Shown: piece by piece, positions 56,681 through 64,000 of the stretch
How the letters are laid out: each line of letters opens with the position of its first letter
Position numbering within the stretch: position 1 is the stretch's first letter
IMG/VR virus record: IMGVR_UViG_3300028603_000024
Location: 1-64,000 of that record
Length of the DNA: 64,000 nucleotides
From: a virus
Lineage: Duplodnaviria; Caudoviricetes
Reading direction: 5' to 3' (one strand)
Translations under genes and position numbers: made by a program
The notes under the pieces: model-generated
What the model was told of the DNA's origin: nothing
What the model saw: only the letters and a program-made list of their open reading frames with translations
Databases searched by the model: none

Positions 56681-56683
56681 CAA

Positions 56684-57091
56684 TCAGCTGATCGCGGCGC
56701 CGAGCAGCGCTGACAGATCCGGGGACTGAGAAATCACAGTCTTGATCTGCGACATGCGATCTCCGGACGCCTGCTTGGTGCTCACACCGAGACGCCGCCG
56801 CACATGCTGCTCAACTTCGCTGCCGGAGGCCTGCTTGATCGTATCGATCCGCTGGGCGACCTGGCTACCGAAGGTGAGGGCCGTGACGAGGTCGTCATCG
56901 CCAGCCAACTTGACGCCAGCGTTCTGCAAAACGCGGGCGCCGGCGGGGAAAAATACCTCTTCGCTCATCCGTCCCGCCAGGTCCAAGAACGGCGTTGCCG
57001 GACGTTTCACCATTTTCTCGCTCATCATCTCTGCTTTCTGGCACATGACCTGTGCCGTAGTTCTCGGTTCCACCAGGTACCTTACAGGCAT
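56684..57091 (-). CDS. Head-module protein with K-x-A motifs (start uncertain)
   Basis: KLAG and KQAS x2; directly after the major capsid gene. Confidence 0.7.
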   Translation of the reverse strand: MPVRYLVEPRTTAQVMCQKAEMMSEKMVKRPATPFLDLAGRMSEEVFFPAGARVLQNAGVKLAGDDDLVTALTFGSQVAQRIDTIKQASGSEVEQHVRRRLGVSTKQASGDRMSQIKTVISQSPDLSALLGAAIS

Positions 57092-57149
57092 GTCCTGTCC
57101 CCGAGCGTCAGTTTCCCTCGAGCCGAGGGTACGTACCTGTCTTAATCGT

Positions 57150-57270
57150 TATCGGATCATAAAACAAACCCGGCTGCCGGCCCCGATCCGTGAGCCTTTT
57201 CTGCCCTCCGTGGCGTTGACAGCCGGGTCCTCGATTCACTCAGCTCCCTCTAGGTAGAGGGTGAGAGCTG
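57150..57270 (-). terminator. Structured 3' region and probable terminator after the major capsid gene
   Basis: CAGCTC/GAGCTG and CCCTCT/AGAGGG stems; ACCCGGCTG/CAGCCGGGT stem followed by TTGTTTT. Confidence 0.5.
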
Positions 57271-57271
57271 C

Positions 57272-58270
57272 TTAAACTTCCGAGCCCTCGCCTCCCCACT
57301 TGGCCAGCAGGAAGTCGCAACGAGCGACGCCGGCGAAGTGGGCGATGACCTGAGCAACCAGCTGGTACGCCCAGAACTCGACCATGAAAGCGTCCTTCTT
57401 CACGTGCATCGTGGCGTCGGTGAGAACCAGCGTTTCACCGATGAAGTTGCCGGGAGCAAAATAGTAAACTGAACCGTCCGGGACCAGCCAATTTTTGATT
57501 GTCACCAGCCAACGAACGCCCATCCACTCTCGCTCGCCCCAGCCCTTCTGCTTCACCTCGGAGACCAAGTCACCGAGGTCGGTATGTGACCACTTGAGGA
57601 ACTGCTTCGAGGTCGCCAGGTTGACCACGGCGGTAGCCGGGTCAAGCCCGAAGTTGGAGCGGTTCATGATCGTGAGCGAGTCCGCAACGGAGTCGGGGTT
57701 GATGGAGTCGTTGATGGTATCCCACTGGATCGTCTGGGTCTGCGGCAGGATCTCGCCGGCGGCACCCGTGGTCGGAGCCAACATGGTGTTGATCAGCTGG
57801 AAGAAACGCAAATCTTCCAGACCGAGCAGATCCTTCAGCGAGTTGTCACTGACCATCTGTCGCAGGTCGCTCTTGTAAGTCAGGAGCTGCGCAGTGTCCT
57901 TCTGGAATCGTCGAGTCATCAGGCGGCTGAAACGAGCCTCGTAACGACGCCCGTGGAAATACCACGACTTCGGCCGCTGCCCCAGCGTGGCTACCATGCC
58001 GCCCGGGGTATCGGCCTCGATCTCGCCGATGTAGCGAGGATCGTCATCTTCGAGGGACGGGACCAGCTCCTCGGAGCCGATTTGGCGGGGTTCGAGAATA
58101 TTACGGCTGATGCTGCCTTCGCGAACTCGCGTACGGATCACGTCAGTCGTCGCCGCGGCGACTTTGTACGCCCCTTCCGGGCCGGACTCGTCACTCATCC
58201 AGTCCCGCATCTGGGCGTTGGCCACCTTGATCTCCGCGGGGCTCAGGGTGCTGGAAGCATGTTCTTTCAT
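57272..58270 (-). CDS. Major capsid protein (HK97 fold, putative)
   Basis: 332 aa; order protease-scaffold-decoration-MCP; GGAGA SD; IRTRVREGSISRNIL...GLEDLRF...GEREWMGV...VPDGSVYYFA. Confidence 0.8.
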   Translation of the reverse strand: MKEHASSTLSPAEIKVANAQMRDWMSDESGPEGAYKVAAATTDVIRTRVREGSISRNILEPRQIGSEELVPSLEDDDPRYIGEIEADTPGGMVATLGQRPKSWYFHGRRYEARFSRLMTRRFQKDTAQLLTYKSDLRQMVSDNSLKDLLGLEDLRFFQLINTMLAPTTGAAGEILPQTQTIQWDTINDSINPDSVADSLTIMNRSNFGLDPATAVVNLATSKQFLKWSHTDLGDLVSEVKQKGWGEREWMGVRWLVTIKNWLVPDGSVYYFAPGNFIGETLVLTDATMHVKKDAFMVEFWAYQLVAQVIAHFAGVARCDFLLAKWGGEGSEV

Positions 58271-58360
58271 CTCTGTTCTCCATCTCGCGGTGTAAACCGC
58301 GGTTATCGATCATATAAGACCCCGGACGACCCCCTGTCGCCCGGGGCACTCAACCGAGCC

Positions 58361-58948
58361 CTACAGGCTCAGGCCGGCGACAAGGGCCGTCGCCGACGGC
58401 AGCCAGTAGGTGTGGAACTCAAGCATGTCTCGGCCGGGCTTGTCAACGTCGGTCTGGACGCCTTGCACGCAAACGCCGAGGATATCATCCTCGTAGTAAA
58501 CACCCGGGGTGAGCTTGCCGATGTCATCGCCGCTGTTAACAACCGTCAGCGGCGTGTTGTTGGCGTAGTCCTCGGTAGTCACGAATTCCGTCGTGGCCAG
58601 GATAGCCGCGGCTGTTGCCGGAATGGCCAGGATGTCATCGCCGTATGCGTTGCCGGCGGGCGGCAACCCATCATAACCACCGGCGGGTTTGGCAAAATAC
58701 GGCAGGCCGCCGGCAACCAGGCCGGGCGTGAAGAAACCGAGCTCGTTGAGAGAGACCACCATACCGGCGACTACGGCTACTTCTGCGCTGGAGTCGACCG
58801 GTTTCTGCACCGTAATCTGGGCATCGGTGCCGAAAGCACCCATCACGGACTGCAGCATGGTTTCATACATCTCTGTCTGGGCACTACGGGACAAGGCTAC
58901 CGTAGGATCCTGTCCTTGGAACAACTGAGGGGTCCGTCCATCGCTCAT
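58361..58948 (-). CDS. Capsid decoration/cement protein (putative)
   Basis: Beta-rich 195-aa gene just upstream of the MCP; AAGGAG SD. Confidence 0.6.
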   Translation of the reverse strand: MSDGRTPQLFQGQDPTVALSRSAQTEMYETMLQSVMGAFGTDAQITVQKPVDSSAEVAVVAGMVVSLNELGFFTPGLVAGGLPYFAKPAGGYDGLPPAGNAYGDDILAIPATAAAILATTEFVTTEDYANNTPLTVVNSGDDIGKLTPGVYYEDDILGVCVQGVQTDVDKPGRDMLEFHTYWLPSATALVAGLSL

Positions 58949-58995
58949 CTTAGTACTCCTTATTCTTCGTTGTTATTCCCGAGCGGGAAATTTAG

Positions 58996-59388
58996 TTAAC
59001 TCAGGCCCACAGACCGACGATACCGTTCGTCGCAAGCGGCCATAGGATCGGTTTGCTCGCTGGCCGACTTCGTCTGGTCAGGCGACCCCACGGACACCGG
59101 TTTACGATCCTCCAGGACTCTGACGAGCTCCTCAGCCACCTTCACGGGATCGCCGACGGCTGCGATGACGCGGTCCTGCGCCTGCTTCGTGTTCGGCATA
59201 CGACCGCAGGCCACCATGCCTTGAAAGATACGCTCCCCGAGCGCCACAGCCGCTTGCGAGGCCTGTTTCGCGGCGTCCAGCTCCTCGGTCAACTTGTCAA
59301 TCTGCAACTGCGAATCCACCAGCTGTTGTCGAGCTTGTTTCACAAGCTCAACACCCTTCAGCATCGTACTTTTTGTCTTATCGTCCAT
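58996..59388 (-). CDS. Coiled-coil scaffold-like protein
   Basis: Coiled coil; KQAR, KQAS, KQAQ, KVAE, KSAS. Confidence 0.6.
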   Translation of the reverse strand: MDDKTKSTMLKGVELVKQARQQLVDSQLQIDKLTEELDAAKQASQAAVALGERIFQGMVACGRMPNTKQAQDRVIAAVGDPVKVAEELVRVLEDRKPVSVGSPDQTKSASEQTDPMAACDERYRRSVGLS

Positions 59389-59418
59389 CGTTCGGCTCCT
59401 TTTATTGTTTATGGACTC

Positions 59419-60537
59419 TTACACAGTCGCGGCAGCGGGATCAGCGGCAGCGACCGGAGCCGATGCGGCAGCGGGAGCAGCGGCCGGGGTCGTAGGGGCC
59501 GCAGGGGCCGAACCTGACTGTTCCTGAACTACGGCGGCAACGGCCTCGATATCCTCTGGGGCCATGCCCATGCTGCCCAGCAACTCCTTCATCTCGTCGA
59601 TGGTCATCTCACCGCTCTGTACCGCTGCCAGTATCTCCTGCAGGATCTTCTCGGGGTCATCGGCCCCGGCAGGGGCAGGACTCGCGGCCGGATCAGTCGC
59701 GGGCACATCCCCGGAGGGAACAGCGCCGGGCAGCACGGCGGAGTCATCATCAGCCGCAGCTTTGAAGGTACCGGCCAGTACGCTGTTGTAGACCTCGTCG
59801 TCTAAGCTGACGAGGTAGCCGTTTGCCGCTTTTACGCCTTCGTCTGCAAAGGCGGCAACAACGGCTGCCTGCTTGGTAAGAACATCTGCCGTAGCAGGCA
59901 GGCGAGCGGCTTGCAGAGCCGCCAGTATTCGGGTCTTGGCCTGCTTCTCCTGCAACAGGAGAGACTGTGATTCCGCCTCCGTGATCAGGGAAGCCTCCTT
60001 GTCCGTAGCTGAGTCCGTTGAGCCTTCCGGATCCGTGGCGTTCTCCTCGACCGGGAGCAGGCTGCTGGCCTCTTTCTCGAAGGCGTCGAGCTGCGCCAGC
60101 AGAGCCGCGGACTTCGAATCGAACTTCGGACCACCGACACCGCCGACGTCTCCTTCGGCTTGGTTGTGTCCCTTGCCCTCTTCACTACCGCCCAGGCGCC
60201 CGGTATCGGTATCGGTGTCGCCGGAGGCAACAACATGCTCGGGTTTGATCTCCGCGGACGGCGGATCGGCGACCGTACCCGGATTAAGCTCGGCCTGGTT
60301 CGGCAGATTCTTCTTTTTCTCTTTGACGTTGGCCGTCCCACCAGTGGCGTCCACGCCCATGTCACCCGTGGTCGCCTTAGCATCTGCGGCGTTCTCCGCC
60401 GCAAATCCGCCGGTCTCCGCCGGCTGGTCCCCGTCGGGAGCCTTGCCTGACGGATGCGCCGTCGGCGCCTCCGCCGAAGCCGCCTTATTGCTGCTCTGCA
60501 CCAAGGAACGCAGTTGAGCCAACACGTTAGTACTCAT
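59419..60537 (-). CDS. Scaffold/internal head protein (acidic, low complexity)
   Basis: Eight K-x-A sites; follows the protease. Confidence 0.65.
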   Translation of the reverse strand: MSTNVLAQLRSLVQSSNKAASAEAPTAHPSGKAPDGDQPAETGGFAAENAADAKATTGDMGVDATGGTANVKEKKKNLPNQAELNPGTVADPPSAEIKPEHVVASGDTDTDTGRLGGSEEGKGHNQAEGDVGGVGGPKFDSKSAALLAQLDAFEKEASSLLPVEENATDPEGSTDSATDKEASLITEAESQSLLLQEKQAKTRILAALQAARLPATADVLTKQAAVVAAFADEGVKAANGYLVSLDDEVYNSVLAGTFKAAADDDSAVLPGAVPSGDVPATDPAASPAPAGADDPEKILQEILAAVQSGEMTIDEMKELLGSMGMAPEDIEAVAAVVQEQSGSAPAAPTTPAAAPAAASAPVAAADPAAATV

Positions 60538-60568
60538 TCACGAATCTCCTAATCATCAGTAACTCGAC

Positions 60569-61963
60569 CTAATTGCACTTTACATGATGTCGCAAAACAG
60601 TCAAGGCCGCCTCCAGTTCGCGGTCTGACTCCTCCTCCTGAGAGGCTAATTCACTCAGCAGGTAGGCCGCATATTTACGAGCCTGCCGTTCCTGAGCCTC
60701 GGTTTGCGGCACCACAGCTCCGGGCACATGCCGGGGCTCGGGGTTGCTGATAAGCCGGTCCCGGACATGTACCGGCGACAACGAAAGTTGTGAAGCTAGC
60801 TTCTCGGTAACTGCGACAGCCTGCAGGGACATTTTGCAATCGTCGTAGGTGCCGTCCCCGGCCACGTCTGATAATAACTCGGCGTCGCCGAGTCGGGCAA
60901 ACAACCCCGCCAAGCTGGGTTGCGTATTCGCTTGTTTGGTAACCGCGCAAAAGGCGTCGAAATCCAGAATAATCCGCCGACGTCGGCAGGCGGCCAGGAG
61001 ATTGTCGGAAGCTTGCTTCCCCGTCATCTCCGCGAGGGCGGCGTCGGTCTGCTGCGAGCGTACCGGAATGCCCGGCAGCAGCCTCCGGAATCGCTGCAGC
61101 GTCAACGGTATCTGCTTCTCCATCTCCGCCAGTTTCCGAGCCACTGCGAGCTTTAAAGCCCGGCAGGGCGGGAGACTGGCGCGAACATAAAGAGGGGCCT
61201 CAAGACCGCACAGCTCGGCCAACCCTACCCCGGAGCGGTCGTAGGGCACCAGCAGGCCGCTCTGTCCGGCGGCTTTGAACCGCATAGTCCTGGCGATCAC
61301 CTCCGCGGGTTTACCCACTTGGGAAATATCAAAAAAGATGGGGTGCGGGTTGTCTACGTAAACACGGCGACCGTCGTCGAGAAGAGCCCCAAGCATACTT
61401 TTGGCGTGCTTGCAATACCCCCCGCTCGGTACCTCCGGAGGCTGGTCGCAGGGGCCGCGGGGGGTGGTGGCTTTATTACCGCAGATCGAACAAACATCGT
61501 AGTCGATCTTGCAAGCCATCGACCAGTCTAAATATTTACCGCTTTCCAAAGCCTCCTTGACGGCAGGATTTTTGGCGTCGTCGACGTCTACGAGAAGCTC
61601 GATACGACCCATCTTCTCGTTATAAGCCGTAGCTACCGGCTTGCCGTAACCTTTGCGAGGATCGTGATTGACGTGCTCCCTGAAAGCATTACCGTTCAAA
61701 AAGGTGGGATGAAATCGTTGACAGGCAAGCTTCGTAAAGCCGTCGCCATTTACGTTGGCGGAATACCTCTCGCTCTCCGCTACCGGAGCCAGATGTACCA
61801 GGGTATGCCCAGGTTGTAGGGGGTATTCCTCGAACTCCTGGGCGAAGCACTCCGCGGAGGCTGCTTTCAACCACGCCGCATCGACGCCCCGTCGATGTCT
61901 TCGAACGATCTGGATGGGATCGAAATCGGTATTAAAGTCGTAGGGCGAAAAAACTTTAAACAT
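60569..61963 (-). CDS. Prohead maturation protease (putative)
   Basis: NVNGDGF, FREHVNHD (His), WSMAC (Ser) followed by CSICGN, FFDISQV..PA; position in the head module. Confidence 0.75.
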   Translation of the reverse strand: MFKVFSPYDFNTDFDPIQIVRRHRRGVDAAWLKAASAECFAQEFEEYPLQPGHTLVHLAPVAESERYSANVNGDGFTKLACQRFHPTFLNGNAFREHVNHDPRKGYGKPVATAYNEKMGRIELLVDVDDAKNPAVKEALESGKYLDWSMACKIDYDVCSICGNKATTPRGPCDQPPEVPSGGYCKHAKSMLGALLDDGRRVYVDNPHPIFFDISQVGKPAEVIARTMRFKAAGQSGLLVPYDRSGVGLAELCGLEAPLYVRASLPPCRALKLAVARKLAEMEKQIPLTLQRFRRLLPGIPVRSQQTDAALAEMTGKQASDNLLAACRRRRIILDFDAFCAVTKQANTQPSLAGLFARLGDAELLSDVAGDGTYDDCKMSLQAVAVTEKLASQLSLSPVHVRDRLISNPEPRHVPGAVVPQTEAQERQARKYAAYLLSELASQEEESDRELEAALTVLRHHVKCN

Positions 61964-61966
61964 GCC

Positions 61967-63226
61967 TCACTCCTTAGCCTTCCCGGACTGCGCCTCGATC
62001 TTTTTTGCCTCAGTCCGCTCCCGCCTCTTTTGAATTGCGTTGAGATAGGCGTTGTTCAGACTCTCGTCCCTCTGTACTTCGGCATGCTGCCCCATCAGAC
62101 TGAGGCCGAAGGCGGCAGCGGCCGGAATGAGCACCCCGGCGCGATAACCTTTCCCGCCGGGGTTGTTAAGATACTTGCTCGGCGTTGGTAAGCCGACATT
62201 TTTCCGACCCGAGGCCACAAAATCCATCACCTGTGACTTGACGGTTTTCGGGGCCATTTTTTGAACTGCCACGACGTTTTTTCGCAGCGGGATGTCAGGA
62301 ATTGCTTTGGGGTTCAGTTTTCTCAAGGCGCTGACGGTGTCGCTTGCGCCGCCTCGCAGCAGGGTCCGTTTCCCGGTTTGAAAAGCTCGGTAAGCTTTCG
62401 GATTGAATTGCTTCAATGCCTCTAAGGCCCCGGCTACGTTTGCCGATGTCGTCAACTGACGAACTGCCGGGGCCGCGCCAGTCGAAGGCGACTGCAATGC
62501 ACCGGCCACCCCCGTATCTACAGCCGCAGCCAGCGCAGCGCTATAAGCCTTTCGGTCCCGGGGGAACCGTATCAATCTGTTATATCCCAGATTACCGGCG
62601 AGCCCGGCCCCGGCGCCAGTGGCAGCCATAACACCCGCCTCCCCCAGCATGCCACCCCACCCCTGCCTGCCTTCGGGATTTAAAGTATGAGCCTCGCCGG
62701 TGGGTTTGAAACCGGCGTCAAGCGGTGTCATCTCCCCGGTTTGCAGGTTTATAATGTCCCCAAGAGGATTTCCCGCGGCGTCCAGGGGCTGGAAGACTTC
62801 GTTACCCGCGGCGTCCACGCCGGGAATTACCGCAGCGATCGACTGGTACGGGTCCGGGTTATTGACGTCATTACTCATGCCTTTGGCGGTACCGTTATAG
62901 ACCTTCGGCAAGTAATCGGCCCCAAAGCCGAGAAAGCCCCCGGCCATTAAACCCATCAAAGCATTGTGCCAGTAATCTTTCTTTTTCTTCTTCGACATCG
63001 CAGCAGTCAGCAGCCCGGCCAAGCCGCCAACGCCGGCCCCGACGGCTCCGAAACGGGCGCCCCGAGGCATTGCATTAAAACCAGCCACCGCGGAGTCGGC
63101 GAGACTCGGCGCAGCTGTCTCCTCCGCCGCGGTTTTAATCCCTCGTAATCGACGAACCACAGCGGTCTGCATCGCGAGTTTTTCAACCCTCTCGTTCATT
63201 GATGTCTGCTTTCTAAAAACACACAC
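61967..63226 (-). CDS. Gly/Ala-rich protein with hydrophobic segments, putative internal/ejection protein
   Basis: GAVGAGVGGLAGLL, LMGLMAGGFLGFGA; KLAM, KTAA. Confidence 0.6.
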   Translation of the reverse strand: MCVFRKQTSMNERVEKLAMQTAVVRRLRGIKTAAEETAAPSLADSAVAGFNAMPRGARFGAVGAGVGGLAGLLTAAMSKKKKKDYWHNALMGLMAGGFLGFGADYLPKVYNGTAKGMSNDVNNPDPYQSIAAVIPGVDAAGNEVFQPLDAAGNPLGDIINLQTGEMTPLDAGFKPTGEAHTLNPEGRQGWGGMLGEAGVMAATGAGAGLAGNLGYNRLIRFPRDRKAYSAALAAAVDTGVAGALQSPSTGAAPAVRQLTTSANVAGALEALKQFNPKAYRAFQTGKRTLLRGGASDTVSALRKLNPKAIPDIPLRKNVVAVQKMAPKTVKSQVMDFVASGRKNVGLPTPSKYLNNPGGKGYRAGVLIPAAAAFGLSLMGQHAEVQRDESLNNAYLNAIQKRRERTEAKKIEAQSGKAKE

Positions 63227-63239
63227 AAGGAGAAGTGCC

Positions 63240-64000
63240 CTAAAGGTTCAACACGTCATCTTTCGCCGACAAACCCCTCTCGATGCTTTGGGCTCTCTCG
63301 ATGTCGAAAGGTTCTTGTTCCCGCTCCAAGGAACTACGCAGCAACGCCGTAAGAGTGGCTTCATTTAACATCCCGCGAGGAGAACTATCGCCGAGAATAT
63401 TGTAAGCCCGCATCACCCGACCGAGGTCTGCACGGGCGACTACGGGGTCCCGCAGGGCGCCAACAAGGGCCTCTCTGGCTCGCAACCCGTTGATCATGGC
63501 GACGTCTTCGGGGCTGATTCCGGCTAATCGAATATCTCGATCCGCAGAAGCATCCGCCGGAACCGCGGCTCTCTCCCGTAACCCCAGAAAGGGATCCAAA
63601 GAGATAGCTGCGACTTTGGTGCCTGTGGCTAGGGTGTGTAGAAGACTCTCGTAAACGCCTCGTACCTTGGCGGCGACGGCGTGAATGTCGTCAGCCATCG
63701 CCACCTTGACGGCTTCCTGCCGAATCGTGATCACGAGGTTCCCGAACTCCCGATACGGAGAACGATCCCAGGGATTGGTGGTAAAGATCCGTGGCTCGGC
63801 TTGCAGTCGGGCCAGCTTGGTGTTAATGTGTTGAGCCGCAATATCCATTGCAGTTACCGCATCTCGCCCGTACCACGCCACGGCCCGCTCTTCCAGCTCA
63901 AGGGGATTAACGGAGCCCCTCAGGATGGCCCGGGATGCGATTTTTGCGGCAAGCCCGACCTGTCGATGAGACTCCGCCAGGGCGACGCGGTGATCGCTGT
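63240..64000 (-). CDS. Head-module protein (5' end outside the window)
   Basis: Frame stays open from 63881 to the window edge; KIAS, KLAR, KVAM, KVAA. Confidence 0.65.
   Translation of the reverse strand, partial: SDHRVALAESHRQVGLAAKIASRAILRGSVNPLELEERAVAWYGRDAVTAMDIAAQHINTKLARLQAEPRIFTTNPWDRSPYREFGNLVITIRQEAVKVAMADDIHAVAAKVRGVYESLLHTLATGTKVAAISLDPFLGLRERAAVPADASADRDIRLAGISPEDVAMINGLRAREALVGALRDPVVARADLGRVMRAYNILGDSSPRGMLNEATLTALLRSSLEREQEPFDIERAQSIERGLSAKDDVLNL

Noticed and set aside
57953-58999. 348-aa plus-strand ORF
   Set aside because: Antisense to the MCP and decoration genes; no recognisable motifs.
1-64000. Stop-codon recoding, tRNA genes, retron or DGR
   Set aside because: Genes tile densely under the standard code using TAA, TAG and TGA; no cloverleaf or reverse transcriptase was recognised (manual inspection only).

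Overview
The whole 64 kb window reads as part of the genome of a large, GC-rich, contractile-tailed (myovirus-type) dsDNA phage in the standard genetic code. No host housekeeping genes, tRNA, rRNA or CRISPR array were seen. Positions 1-13.2 kb hold a minus-strand replication/recombination arm: a probable SSB, a family-A DNA polymerase fused to a UDG-like domain, a TOPRIM primase, an SF4 helicase, a UvsW-like SF2 helicase and an Mre11/Rad50 (SbcD/SbcC) pair. Positions 13.2-14.8 kb are a divergence region with GC hairpins, AT-rich TGTAAAG repeats (candidate origin), a wHTH protein and two small ORFs missing from the ORF track. Positions 14.8-22.3 kb hold a GpA-type terminase large subunit, small ORFs and a degenerate DnaG-like protein. 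Positions 22.3-64 kb are a long minus-strand morphogenesis arm: GT9+GT2 glycosyltransferase, five paralogous tail proteins, baseplate, a sigma factor, tape measure, chaperones, spike, tube, sheath, neck, major capsid protein, scaffold-like proteins and a prohead protease. The most notable observations are (1) a strongly enriched K-x-A motif marking head proteins, a likely maturation code of the prohead protease; (2) a transposase-less IS607 remnant whose intact TnpB appears translationally coupled into the head operon; (3) an RNA-polymerase-like sandwich-barrel module inserted in the PolA fingers; (4) two divergent genes whose start codons overlap in one CATG; (5) an apparently leaderless sigma factor gene inside the baseplate operon. 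All product calls rest on motif recognition and gene order; no database search was run.
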